The position numbers and the translations under genes were made by a program. The notes beneath the pieces are model-generated. The model saw nothing but the letters and a program-made list of their open reading frames with translations, ran no database searches and was not told where the DNA came from. Below, piece by piece: positions 1 to 12,167 of a stretch of 64,000 nt of DNA (its first letter is position 1; every line of letters starts with the position of its first letter). Source of the DNA: Malacoraja senta (lineage: Eukaryota); NCBI GenBank assembly GCA_038087875.1, contig CM075991.1:186001-250000 (forward strand), in the 5' to 3' direction.

Positions 1-95
1 AAACCGACAACTCAACTCAAAGCAGCTGATTGGGAGTCAGATCCCTGCTGATTTCCTCCACCAGTTTTGTATTGTATCCAGGGTAAGGGGGGAGA

Positions 96-1031
96 GTGAG
101 GGCCAGGGCAGTTTACTGTTCTGGATGTCAGATGTGGGAGGTCATGGAGTCTGATACCCCTCCAGACGTTCACATCTGTGTCAGGTGGGTAGAGATGGGG
201 TTCCTAAGGGACCGTGTTAGGAACCTGGAGCAGCAGCTCAATGACCTCTGTCTGATCAGGGAGATTGAGGAGGTCATAGAAAAGAGTTATAGGGAGGTGG
301 CCACTCTAAGACCACGGGAGGCAGATAAGTGGGTCACGGTTAGGAAGGGCAAGGGGCAGAGGCAGCGACTAGTGAGTACCCCAGTGGCTGTACACCTTGA
401 AAATAAGTACACCTGTTTCAGTACTGTTGAGGGGGACAGCCTTCCTGCGGGTAGCAACAGCGGCCGAGCCTCCGGCAAAGAGACCAGCCCTATTGCTCAG
501 AAGGGTAGGGAAAAGAAGAGGAGGGCAATAGTAATAGGGGACTCTATGGTTAGGGGGTCGGATAGGCGATTCTGTGGACGCAGTCAGGAGACCCGGATGG
601 TAGTTTGCCTCCCTGGTGCCAGGGTCAGGGATGTGTCTCAACGCGTCCAAGATATCCTGAAATCGGAGGGAGAGGAGCCTGAGGTTGTGGTACATATAGG
701 TACCAATGACATAGGTAGAAAAAGAGAAGAGGTCTTGAAAGGAGAATTGAGGGAGTTGGGAGGAGAGTTAAGGAGAAGGACTACAAAGGTAACAATATCA
801 GGATTACTACCTGTGCCACGCGACGGTGAGAGTAGGAATGGAGTGAGGTGAAGGATAAATGCGTGGCTGAGGAACTGGTGCAGCGGGCAGGGATTCAAAT
901 TTCTGGATCATTGGGACCTCTTGTGGGGAAGGTGTGACCTGTACAGAAAGGACGGGTTGCATTTGAACCCGAGGGGGACCAATATCCTGGCGGGGAGATT
1001 TGCAAAGGCTACTGGGGAGACTTTAAACTAG
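96..1031 (+). pseudogene. CR1 ORF1 (N-terminal CxxC plus SGNH/GDSL esterase) with premature stop
   Basis: CSGC, IVIGDSM, CLPGARV and VHIGTND motifs. In-frame TGA at 849-851; frame continues (DGLHL) to TAG at 1029-1031. Confidence 0.9.
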
Positions 1032-1036
1032 AACGG

Positions 1037-3930
1037 TTGGGGGGAGGGACTCAAATAGAGAAAGCTAGTGGAAAATGTGGGAGGCAGGAGGCAGAGAAGG
1101 TAAGCACTTGGACCCAAAATGTAGGGGAGAAAGAAGAAAAAGATAATAAACAGAGAATAAGTGGTGGTGGGTTTCTTAAATGTGTATATTTTAATGCTAG
1201 GAGCATTGTAAGAAAGGTGGATGAGCTTAGAGCCTGGATTGACAACTGGAAGTATGATTTTGTGGCGATCAGTGAAACATGGTTGCAGGAGGGCTGTGAT
1301 TGGCAAATAAATATTCCAGGATTTTGTTGCTTCAGGGGTGATAGAATTGGAGGGGCAAGAGGTGGGGGTGTTGCATTGCTTGTCAAGGAAGATATTACAG
1401 CAGTGCTTTGGCAGGATAGATTAGAGGGCTCGTCTAGGGAGGCTATTTGGGTGGAACTGAGAAATGGGAAAGGTGTAGCAACACTTATAGGGGTGTATTA
1501 TAGACCGCCAAATGGGGAGCGAGAATTGGAAGAGCAAATATGTAAGGAGATAGCAGATATTAGTAGTAAGCACAATGTAGTGATTGTGGGAGATTTCAAT
1601 TTTCCACACATAGACTGGGAAACACATTCTGTAAAAGGGCTGGATGGTTTGGAGTTTGTAAAATGTGTGCAAGATAGATATGCTGGACCTCCTGTTAGGA
1701 AATGAGACAGGGCAGGTGGCGGAGGTATGCGTCGGGAAGCACTTCGGGTCCAGTGATCACAATACCATTAGTTTCAATATAATTATGGAGAGGGTCAGAA
1801 CTGGTCCTAGGGTTGAGATTTTTGTTTGGAGAAAGGCTAACTTTGAGGAGATGCGAAAGGATTTAAAAGGAGTGAATTGGGACATGTTGTTTTATGGGAA
1901 GGATGTAGAAGAAAAATGGACGACATTTAAGGGTGAAATTTTAAGAGTACAGAATCTTTATGTCCCTGTTCGGTTGAAAGGAAATAGTAAAAAATGGAAA
2001 GAGCCATGGTTTTCAAGGGAAATTGGACACTTGGTTCGGAAAAAGAGAGAGATCTACAATAATTATAGGCAGCATGGCGTAAATGAGGTGCTTGAGGAGT
2101 ATAAAGAATGTAAAAAGAATATTAAGAAAGGAATTAGAAAAGCTAAAAGAAGATATGAGGTTGCTTTGGCAAGTAAGGTGAAAGTAAATCCAAAGGGTTT
2201 CTACAGCTATATTAATAGCAAAAGGATAACAAGGAATAAAATTGGTCCATTAGAGAGTCAGAGTGGACAGCTATCTGCAGAGCCAAAAGAGATGGGGGAG
2301 ATATTGAACAATTTCTTTTCTACGGTATTCACGAAGGAGAAGGATATGGAATTATGTGAGGTAAGGGAAACAAGCAGAGTAGCAATGGAAACGGTGAGAT
2401 TCAAAGAAGAGGAGGTGCGGACACTTTTAAAAAATATGAAAACGGATAAGTCTCCAGGTCCTGGCAGGATATTCCCTAGGACATTGAGGGAAGTTAGTGT
2501 AGAAATAGCAGGGGCTATGACGGAAATATTTCAAATGTCATTAGAAACGGGAATAGTGCCGGAGGATTGGCGTACTGCGCATGTTTGAAAAGGGTTCGAA
2601 GAGTAAACCTGGCAATTATAGACCTGTTCGTTTGACGTCAGTGGTGGGCAAATTAATGGAAAGGATACTTAAAGATAATATATATAAGCATCTGGATAAG
2701 CAGGGTCTGATTAGGAACAGTCAACATGGATTTGTGCCTGGAAGGTCATGCTTGACTAATCTTCTTGAATTTTTCGAAGAGGTTACTAGTGAAATTGATG
2801 AGGGTAAAGCAGTGGATATTGTCTATATGGACTTCAGTAAGGCCTTTGACAAGGTTCCTCATGGAAGGTTGGTTAAGAAGATTCAATTGTTGGGTATTAA
2901 TGGTGGAGTAGCAAGATGGATTCAACAGTGGCTGAATGGGAGATGCCAGAGAGTAATGGTGGATGGCTGTTTGTCAGGTTGGAGGCCGGTGACTAGTGGG
3001 GTGCCTCAGGGGTCTGTGTTGGGTCCACTGTTGTTTGTCATGTACATCAATGATCTGGATGATGGTGTGGAAAATTGGATTAGTAAGTATGCAGATGATA
3101 CTAAGATAGGAGGTGTTGTGGATAATGAAGTATATATTCAAAGTCAACAGAGAGATTTAGGCCATTTGGAAGAGTGGGCTGAAAGATGGCAGATGGAGTT
3201 TAATGCTGACAAATGTGAGGTGCTACATCTCGGCAGGACAAATCAAAATAGGACGTACACGGTAAATGGTAGCGAATTGAGGAATGCAGTTGAACAGAGG
3301 GATCTAGGAATAACTGTGCATAGTTCCCTGAAGGTGGAATCTCATGTAGATAGGGTGGTAAAGAAAGCTTTTGGTGTGCTGGCCTTTATAAATCAGAGCA
3401 TTGAATATAGAAGTTGGGATGTAATGTTAAAATTGTACAAGGCATTGGTGAGGCCAATTCTGGAGTATGGAGTACAATTTTGATCGCCTAATTATAGGAA
3501 GGATGTCAACAAAATAGAGAGAGTACAGAGGAGATTTACTAGAATGTTGCCTGGGTTTCAGCAACTAAGTTACAGAGAAAGGTTGAACAAGTTAGGTCTT
3601 TATTCTTTGGAGCGCAGAAGGTTAAGAGGGGACTTGATAGAGGTCTTTCAAATTATGAGCGGGATAGACAGAGTGGACGTGGATAAGCTTTTCCCATTGA
3701 TAGTAGGGAAGATTCAAACAAGGGGACATGACTTGAGAATTAAGGGACAGAAGTTTAGGGGTAACATTAGGGGGAACTTCTTTACTCAGAGAGTGGTAGC
3801 TGTGTGGAATGAGCTTCCAGTGGAAGTGGTGGAGGCAGGTTCGATGTTATCCTTTAAAAATAGATTGGATGGGTATATGGATGGGAAAGGAATGGAGGGT
3901 TATGGTCTGAGTGGAGGTAGATGGGACTAG
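1037..3930 (+). pseudogene. CR1 ORF2 (APE endonuclease plus reverse transcriptase), disrupted
   Basis: [39 protein letters not shown] and YADD motifs. Frameshifting deletions near 1675 and 2585 and a stop at 3481, relative to sister copies in the window. Confidence 0.95.
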
Positions 3931-4048
3931 GGGGAAGTATTTATTTTTAATTTTTTTTTAAAAATTAAAAAATGTTCGGCACGGACTTGAAGGGCCGAGA
4001 TGGCCTGTTTCCGTGCTGTTATGGTTATATGGTTATATGGTTATTTCA

Positions 4049-4524
4049 TTGGGCAGTGGGCAGGTGCTATTTGGGCAGTGGCCAGGTGCTATAGACCTGC
4101 ACGGGAAGGTAAACGCTCCCGCCCCCATGAGTCTCGGGCAGATGGGACTTGTCAGCCTGGGAAGGCAGTCCATCTAGGAGAGGGGAATCTCTGATTTATA
4201 ACCTCCACTGCCTTGTGGTCATATCCAGTCATGGAAAAGGCTCCTAGAGTAAACCTCAAGAAAATCCGGAGTAGGAGCCCCTAAGGCAGTTCGGCGTTGT
4301 CTACAACCTCGGTCTGGCAGCTCTTGCGACGGCGCTGGTGCCAAACTGTAACGGCCCTGCTGTTCCTTTGGATCGATCAGCGACGTGGAGAGGGGGGACG
4401 TGCTGCATGGGCAACAGTCTGTCCTCCATATGACATTGCCCAGGCTTGCATCCAACCACACATCACCTGCAAACTAGGATGCATCACCCATGGTCAGTCA
4501 TGACCGAGGGGGGCCTACTACTAG
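4049..4524 (+). mobile_element. Non-autonomous element resembling an RTE-clade 5' UTR, with a short (TAC)n tail
   Basis: Motifs recalled from RTE 5' UTRs (GGAAGGCAGTCCATCTAGGAGAGGGGAATCTCTGA; GCTGCATGGGCAACAG...GCCCAGGCTTGC). Ends CCTACTACTAGT. 22-bp tandem duplication at its 5' end. No ORF. Confidence 0.55.
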
Positions 4525-4992
4525 TGATTGGTGGTCAGCATGGACTCGATGGGCCAAAGTGCTTGTTTCCATGCTGTATCTTTAAACAAAACTAAAGCAT
4601 TAGCTTAGGTATGCATGAGAATCACATTTGAAATCAGTTTAAGTTCAGTATTGGTACCCTGGAAAGTATAAATCAGCTCATCAAGAATGAAAACCAACAG
4701 AATTGCTTAAGAAAATAAGCCCTGATCAATCAAAAAAGAATGTGAAAGATTTTTATTGAGCCAGGCTATTAAAGTTTACTGAAGCAACCAAGGGGGAAAT
4801 CGTGGTCCCACTGAATGATGGAACTGGCTTAATTTGACAAAAGGTGAACTCGTGATCCTATAATTTTATTTCAGTTAATCTGAACACGCTAAAAGGTTTG
4901 GACATTAATTCTTGGACAACTTGGTGGGAAGGGAAGAAGCATCTTTGGAAACACATACTAAGCGAACGACAAGAAATTTGTTAGGACCCTCA

Positions 4993-5316
4993 GGGGCGGC
5001 ACAGTGGCACAGCGGCAGAGTTGCTGCCTTACAGCGCCAGAGATCCAGGTTCGATCCTAACTATGGGCGCTTGTCTGTACGGAGTTTGTACATTCTCCCA
5101 GTGAACTGCGTGGGTTTTCTCCGAGATCTTCAGTTTCCTTCCACACTCAAAAGACATACAGGTTTGTAGGTTAATTGGCACTGTATAATTGGTGTACATG
5201 TAAACAATTTCCCTAGTGCGTGTCGGATAGTTTTAATGTGCGGATCCTTGGTCGGTGCAGACTCGGTGGGGCGCAGGGTCTGTTTTCACGCTGTATCTCT
5301 AAAGTTCAAACTCTAA
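4993..5316 (+). mobile_element. tRNA-derived V-SINE (HE1-like) with CR1-type 3' tail
   Basis: A-box-like GTGGCACAGCGG, B-box GGTTCGATCC, V-domain-like CCACACTCAAAAGACATACAGGTTTGTAGGTTAATTGG, and tail CTGTTTTCACGCTGTATCTCTAAA. Confidence 0.85.
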
Positions 5317-5334
5317 AAACCCTTCCTAAAAACC

Positions 5335-6550
5335 CTAGTACAGTGGATAAGAGAGAACCAGTGGATGTGTTATATCTGGACTTTCAGAAGGCTTTCGACA
5401 AGGTCCCACATAAGAGATTAGTATACAAACTTAAAGCACACGGTATTGGAGGTTCAGTATTGATGTGGATAGAGAACTGGCTGGCAGACAGGAAGCAAAG
5501 AGTAGGAGCAGGCAGTGACTAGTGGGGTACCGCAAGGCTGGGACCCCAGCTATTTATAATATATATTAATGATTTGGACGAGGGAATTGAATGCAACATC
5601 TCCAAGTTTGCGGATGACATGAAGCTGGGGGGCAGTGTTAGCTGTGAGGAGGGTGCTAGGAGGCTGCAAGATGACTTGGATAGGTTGGTTGAGTGGGCAA
5701 ATGCATGGCAGATGCAGTATAATGTGGATAAATGTGAGGTTATCCACTTTGGTGGCAAAAACAGGAAAGTAGACTATTACCTGAATGGTGGCCGATTAGG
5801 AAAAGGGGAGATGCAACGAGACCTGGGTGTCATGGTACACCAGTCATTGAAAGTAGGCATGCAGGTGCAGCAGGCAGTAAAGAAATCGAATTGGTATGTT
5901 AGCATTCATAGCAAAAGGATTTGAGTATAGGAGCAGGGAGGTTCTACTGCAGTTGTACAGGGTCTTGGTGAGCCCACACCTGGAGTATTGCGTACAGTTT
6001 TGGTCTCCTAATCTGAGGAAGGACATTCTTGCCATAGAGGGAGTACAGAGAAGGTTCATCAGACTGATTCCTGGGATGGCAGGACTTTCATATGAAGAAA
6101 GACTGGATAGACTCGGCTTGTACTTGCTAGAATTTAGAAGATTGAGGGGGGATCTTATAGAAACTTACAAAATTCTTAAGGGGTTGGACAGGCTAGATGC
6201 AGGAAGATTGTTCCCGATGTTGGGGAAGTCCGGAACAATGGGTCACGGTTTAAGGATATAAGGGAATTCTTTTAGGACTGAGATGAGAAAAACATTTTTT
6301 ACACAGAGAGTGGTGAATCTCTGGAATTCTCTGCCACAGAATGTAGTTGAGGCCAGTTCATTGGCTATAGTTAAGAGGGAGTTAGATGTGGCCCTTGTGG
6401 CTAAAGGGATCAGGGGGTATGGAGGGAAAGCAGGTACAGGATACTGAGTTGGATGATCAGCCATGATCATATTGAATGGCGGTGCAGGCACGAAGGGCCG
6501 AATGGCCTATTCCTGCACCTATTTTCTATGTTTCTATGTTTCTATGTTTC
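5335..6550 (+). mobile_element. CR1 family B, 5'-truncated RT and 3' end
   Basis: [13 protein letters not shown] and HLEYCVQFW across frameshifted ORFs. Ends in (TTCTATGT)n. Confidence 0.93.
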
Positions 6551-6575
6551 TTCAGTCATGACGCAAAATGATAGC

Positions 6576-6713
6576 GCAGTCAGGGGATATGGGGAGAAGG
6601 CAGGAATGGGGTAATGATTGGGGATGATCAGCCATGATCACATTGAATGGTGGTGCTGGCTCGAAGGGCGGAATGGCCTACTCCTGCACCTATTGTCTAT
6701 TGTATATTGTCTG
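6576..6713 (+). mobile_element. Short CR1 3' stub with (ATTGTCT)n tail
   Basis: GATCAGCCATGATCACATTGAATGG...GAAGGGCGGAATGGCCTACTCCTGCACC, same 3' UTR type as family B. Confidence 0.8.
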
Positions 6714-7190
6714 TTTCCATTTCTTGCACAGTGCAAGGCCAACAACTCATTTCATTTCCATTTCTAGCACAGTGCAAGGCCACCAACTCATTTCCAGAAA
6801 GGTGCAGGCTAACAATTCATTTCAAACACAGTGCAGACTCACAGTTCAGTTCACTCACGGCGTAGAATCACAGTTGTGGACTCAACTCTCACTCACGTCC
6901 TTCCAGAGTGACTGACTCACGTCCGGCCTCCGGGGTTTAATTCCACCAGAAGGGGCGTGACCTTCATCATGGTGAAGGACAGGCGAGAAGACCAATCAGC
7001 TGATCTCACGATTCTTTTAAACATTCATAATTTTTCTTTATTTCACCGATCGGAAAAAAACTTGCGGCGTTTGGAGGAGAGGAGGACGCTAAGTACGGTG
7101 GCGAAAAAATCATAGCGATAGACGGTAGCGTTTTCTCTAAAATGTATTTAGAACGTAGGCAGGAAGTGGTCCAGATGAGACTTTTAGTAA

Positions 7191-8596
7191 TCTATATGAC
7201 TAAAAGTCTGATATTGACCACTTCCTGTTGTTCTGTATATTGATTTTAGAAAAAACGCTGCCACTTACGGCCGTGATTTTTGGCCATCTTACTCAGAGTA
7301 CTCCTCCGCTGCGTAGGACAAGAGGATTTTTCCCATCGATGAAAATTAAAAGTTATTAGTGTTTAAAAAATGTTGAGATTCTCTCACCTGAAGACCACGC
7401 CCCTTCCGGAGGGACTATAAAACCCGGAAGTGTTGAGTGCCTCAGTCAGTCTCTGCAAGATGGGTGAGCGAGAGGGTCATGTCTCTGAGTCTGAGCTGTG
7501 AATAACACTGAACACATGTCTACTAAACTGTGAGTGGTTTTGCTGACCTGTGAGTGCCCTTAATGTGTGTGAAAATATCGTTTGGAAATGCTAAAGCTGT
7601 GTTGCCTTTGGTTTGGAAATGCTAAAGCTGTGTTGCCTTTGGTTTGGAAATGCTAAAGCTGTGTTGCCTTTGGTTTGGAAATGCTAAAGCTGTGTTGCCT
7701 TTGGTTTGGACATGCTAAAGCTGTGTTACGTTTGGTTTGGAAGTGCTAAAGCTGTGTTGCCTTTGGTTTGGAAATGCTAAAGCTGTGTTGCCTAATTAAA
7801 GTTGCCTTGCCTAATTAAAGTTGCCTTGCCTAATTAAAGTTGCCTTGCCTAATTAAATTTGCCTTGCCTTCTATATAATTAAAAGTCTAATCTTGACCAC
7901 TTCCTGTTTGCGCATTATCTTGATTTTAGAGGGGAAAAAACCGCTACCACGTACGGCTGTGGGTTTTGGCTCATCAGGTGCCGAGGATTTTTCCCATCGA
8001 TGCAACATAAAATAATTATTGGTGTTTAAAAAATGTTGAGATTCTCTCTCTTGTCAATCACGGCATGAAGGGCACGCCCCTTCTGGTGGGAGGGGGGAAG
8101 GGAATATAAAACCTAGAAGCGTGGGCATGGCTCAGTCTCTGCAAGATGGAGGAGGGAGCGGTCACGACTTGCTCTCTTTAGTGGCCTTGCACGCTGCTTG
8201 AAATTGTATGAAACTGCACTTGAATTTGTTCGCCTTGCACCCTGCTTCAAGTGGTAAGAAACTGCACTTGTGTTTGGTGGCCTTGCACCCTGCTTGAAAT
8301 GGAATTTCAAGGAATAGCCGTGAGTCAACTGCCAGCCCACCAGCCGTGAGTGAGTGAGATGCCAGCACAACAGGCTTGAGTGAGTGAGCCGCCAGCACAA
8401 GAATCCATTCGGCCCACAATGTCCATACTAGCCATCAGGAAACCAGTTCCTTCAGCCCACAACACAAATACTAGCGCTCCAGAAGCCCACCTCCCACTGT
8501 CCACCAATATTGGTATTGGTGGAGAGGTGGAATATTGCATTGGGGGACCAGCCCTCCCGTGTGATGCTGGGACCCAATGGGTCCCACTTAGTCTAG
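7191..8596 (+). mobile_element. Complete non-autonomous Helitron
   Basis: 5' A|TCTATATGACTAAAAG. 3' hairpin GGGACCC-AAT-GGGTCCC (8569-8585), then CTAG|T. AT target, no TSD. Second internal 5' module at 7870. Confidence 0.88.
7581..7869. repeat. Adjacent 31-bp (~7 copies) and 19-bp (~4 copies) minisatellites inside the Helitron
   Basis: Units TTTGGAAATGCTAAAGCTGTGTTGCCTTTGG and AATTAAAGTTGCCTTGCCT. Confidence 0.95.
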
Positions 8597-8609
8597 TAGT
8601 ATAGATAGA

Positions 8610-9538
8610 TATGCTGGCTCTGAGGATGGTCCAGAGGAGGGTTAAGAGAATGATCCCATGAATCAGTGGGTAAACATATGATGAGCCATAGAGGAAGTAC
8701 AGAGAAGGTTCTATTCTTGCCATATAGGGAGTACAGAGAAGGTTCACCAGACTGATTCCTGGGATGTCAGGACTTTCATATGAAGAAAGACTGGATAGTC
8801 TCGGCTTGTACTCGCTAGAATTTAGAAGATTGAGGGGGGATCTTATAGAAACTTACAAAATTCTTAAGGGATTGGACAGGCTAGATGCAGGAAGATTGTT
8901 CCCGATGTTGGGGAAGTCCAGGACAAGGGGTCACAGTTTAAGGATAAAGGGGAAATCCTTTAGGACTGAGATGAGAAAAACATTTTTCACACAGAGAGTG
9001 GTGAATCTCTGGAACTCTCTGCCTCAGAAGGTAGTTGAGGCCAGTTCATTGGCTATATTTAAGAGGGAGTTAGATGTGGCCCTTGTGGCTAAAGGGATCA
9101 GGGGGTTTGGAGAGAAGGCAGGTACACGATACTGAGTTGGTTGATCAGCCATGATCATATTGAATGGCGGTGCAGGCTCGAAGGGCCGAATGGCCTACTC
9201 CTGCACCTATTTTCTATGTTTCTATGTTTCTATGAGCGTTTGATGGAACTGGCCTCTCCTCGCTGGAAGTTAGTTGATGGGATATATTGAAACTTACCGA
9301 ATAGTGAAAGGTCCGATTAAAATGGATGTGCAGATGATGTCCCCACTAGTGTGAGTCAAGTCAATGGATATACAAAGGCAGAGAGATGAATTCTAAATTA
9401 GTATGGGTGTCAGGGGTTATGGGAATAAGACACTGAATGTGGTTAGCGGCGTGAGATAGATCAGCCATGGTGGCGTAGATTTGATGGGCTAAATAGACTA
9501 ATTCTGCTCCTATCACTTATGAACGTGAACTTATGATG
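8610..9538 (+). mobile_element. Old CR1 3' fragment interrupted by a younger CR1-B 3' end (8687-9231)
   Basis: ATGAGC duplicated at 8681-8686 and 9232-9237. The inner copy has ORF 8764-9135 and a (TTCTATGT)n tail. The outer copy ends in ATGAACTT-like repeats. Confidence 0.8.
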
Positions 9539-9635
9539 ACCTCTACAATAGTGATCTCTGAAATACCCCCGGTGCCACGTGCTAGTCGGGGTAGGAACAG
9601 TCAAATCAGACAGGTGAATTGAGAACCAGACGAAA

Positions 9636-9869
9636 TAGGTTTAACGTGTAGGGGAAAAGATTTAATAGGAATATGATGGGTAACTTTTTCACACAAAGTT
9701 GTGGTGGGTATATGGAACAATAATAATAAATAGTTAGAGAGGTACATGGATAGGCCAGGTTTGGAGGGATATGGATCAAACACGAGCCGTTGGGACTAGT
9801 GGAGCTTGCACACGTTGGCGGGTGTGGGCCGAAGTGTCTGTTTGTTCACTGTATCACTCTATGACTATT
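9636..9869 (+). mobile_element. Decayed CR1 3' end
   Basis: GGTAACTTTTTCACACAAAG...TGGAAC and GGGCCGAAG...CTGTATCACTCTATGAC. Confidence 0.7.
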
Positions 9870-9900
9870 ATTCCTGCAGCCTAACTTTCTATAGCATCCT

Positions 9901-10735
9901 CAAGTCAAGTCAAGTCACTTTTATTTCTATTGCACATTTAATAAACAACTCTCGTTGGTCAAAGTTATTTACATTGGTGGAGGTACTAACGTTATACAAC
10001 ATTGGTTCATAGATTAAGTACATACATAAATACATACATATATCCTCCCTCAGAGGACTTCAAGAAAGGCTTTAGAGTAAAGATGAGTTTTAAATCTCGA
10101 CAAGGGAGGGGGCAGTTCTGATGGGAAGAGGGATGCTGTTCCACTGTCTAGGAGCTGCAACCACAAAGACGCAGTCGCCCCTGAGCTTATGACTAGACCG
10201 CGGGATGTTCAGTAAACCCAAGTTGGCCGATCTGAGGGACCTAGAGGTGGTGTGGTGGATAAGCAGACTTTTGATGTAGGTGGGGTCAAGCCCGTTAAGG
10301 GCTTTGTAGACATACAGAAGGATCTTGAAATTTATTCGGAACCGCACAGGGAGCCAGTGCAGAGAGGACAGAATCGAGATGATGAGGTCCCTTTTTCGGG
10401 TGCCCGTCAGGAGTCTCGCTGCGGCATTTTGGACCAGTTACAGGCGGGTCAAGGAAGATTGGCTGATGCCAGTGCAAAGGGAGTTGCAGTGAACGAGGCG
10501 GGAGGAGATAAATGTGTGGATGGTCTTTTCGAGGTCATCAAACTGGAGGAATTGTTTTATTTTAGCTATCGTCCGAAGCTGGAAGAAGCTAGCTTTTACC
10601 ACGGCATTGACTTGTTTGTCAAATTTCAATGCTGAGTGAAATATCACGCCAAGGTTTTTGACGTGAGGTTTGAGTAATGGGGTAAGGCTTCCAAGGCTGC
10701 CTGCTATCATTTTGATTGAGTCCAAGGAGCTGAGA
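9901..10735 (-). mobile_element. L2-clade LINE, 5'-truncated
   Basis: Minus-strand ORFs with VKNLGVIF, FFQLRTI, FISSRL and RINFKILLYVYKALNGL, typical of the L2 ORF2 C-terminus. (CTTGA)n tail. Confidence 0.88.
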
Positions 10736-11556
10736 AGGTTATCCTCCCATGGATAACCTTATCACGGGTTTCTCTGAAGTCCATATAGTCTTCATCTACC
10801 GTATTCTTATCATCCTTCTTGCTAACCACTTCAAATAGTCAATCAAATTCATGAGGCCCGAACTCCCATGCACAAAAAATTCCCAAGTTCCCTCGTCTTC
10901 ATTGCTTTCTCCCCGGTTAAATGTGAACAAAAATATTCACAGAAGAGCTTGCACATTTCTTGTGTCACTGTACAGAAGACCACTTAGGTTTGTGAGAGGG
11001 CATCGTTACCCTGTGTCCTTTAATTCGATTATAACATCTGTTTGGCTTCTCTTTAAATAACTCCCAGGGCTATCTCATGTCCTGCAATTCAACTACTGAT
11101 TTTCTTAATTATGCTTCGCAATCGCAATATTTAATCCCAGTAGCCCACGCCCAACACATGCCTCTTTCTCTTTCCTGACCAGAGACACCGTTTTTCTCAA
11201 CATCCATTCCGGTAATGCGCATACTTTGAACTCGCACTATCACAGTTATGAAAGCATCATATTTTCTGGACGTCCATTTGACGCAAACAACCTATTCCAA
11301 TGAAACATTGCTGGATTTGGTGTAATATTATCAACGTTGTTCTTGCCTCAATTCAGAACTCTATCTTGAAGAGCAGCTCCTTCCTTATCCGTAACAATTT
11401 CAAAGCTAATAGAACCGTAGAAAACCATTGTATCGCGTCCCAATATATAAGATGTAAGAAGTGGTCGTACTCGCCGAACTTGAGTTGTTCCAAGTGAACG
11501 TAAAAGTGTGAATGAGAGAGTATTCTAAACTAGTAGTTCCTACCCAATCCCATCAA

Positions 11557-11738
11557 GATCACTGCTCATCCAAACCCATCATAGACCACACTGATAACGT
11601 GACTGTTTATCCAGACACACCACTGACCACACTGATGTCACTGCCTATCCAGATACAATTCCTGCTCACAATGATATATTGTTGCTGATTCAGACATAAC
11701 GTTGACCACACAAATAACTTCACAGCTTATGCAGATTA
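11557..11738. repeat. Degenerate ~40-bp tandem repeat, 4-5 copies
   Basis: Recurring GACCACACTGAT...ACTG..TATCCAGA. Confidence 0.6.

Positions 11739-11739
<1 letters not shown>

Positions 11740-11795
<56 letters not shown>
11740..11795 (+). repeat. (TCTA)14 tract at the head of the Helitron array
   Basis: 56-bp perfect tract directly followed by TATACTTTTAAAACTCTC. Confidence 0.97.
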
Positions 11796-11796
<1 letters not shown>

Positions 11797-12167
11797 ATAC
11801 TTTTAAAACTCTCTGGCTGTCGTCCGTCTGTACGTCTGTACATCTGTACGTCTGTACGGCTGTACGTCCAACGTTCTGCTTCACCTGTGCCGCCTTTGAT
11901 ACCGACCCGCGCCCGCGCAGCGCGCGGAAACGCCGATATTTTTTACCGTTTCTAAAGAGGTTACGTTTATCTTTACGAATAGACGATCCTGATTAAATTT
12001 GGTCGTGTTTACGTACGCTTTTTTAAATAAAATACCTCTCCCCCCCCCAAACCAAACATTTCAAAATGTTTAAAAAAAACAGTTCAGCCGTAGAATGTTA
12101 GTAAAGATTCCGTTGTGTGATGTCACAATGCACAATGGTCACAGATGTCCAATCGGAATGGATCCGT

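Larger units (their letters stand above)
1..4044 (+). mobile_element. CR1-clade LINE, family A, near full length and inactivated
   Basis: ORF1 esterase, then APE-RT ORF2, then 3' hairpin GAAGGGCCGAGATGGCCT and (ATGGTTAT)n tail at ~4020-4044. 5' boundary not resolved. Confidence 0.95.
6716..8605 (-). mobile_element. Non-autonomous Helitron (minus strand), split by a nested Helitron; 3' end not found
   Basis: Removing 7191-8596 rejoins the minus-strand 5' end TCTATACTATTACTAAAAGTCTCATCTGG. This matches the minus-strand terminus at 58198 (TCTATACTATCACTAAAACTCTCATCTTG). Confidence 0.75.

Noticed and set aside
4993..5070. tRNA gene
   Set aside because: A/B boxes run into a SINE body; no full cloverleaf or terminator.
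7581..7869. 31-bp repeat array as a CRISPR
   Set aside because: No spacers; contiguous tandem units in a eukaryotic Helitron.
10740..11550. Unique-looking stretch examined as the missing GPCR 5' half or a host exon
   Set aside because: No TM1-TM4 motifs or credible ORF recognised.
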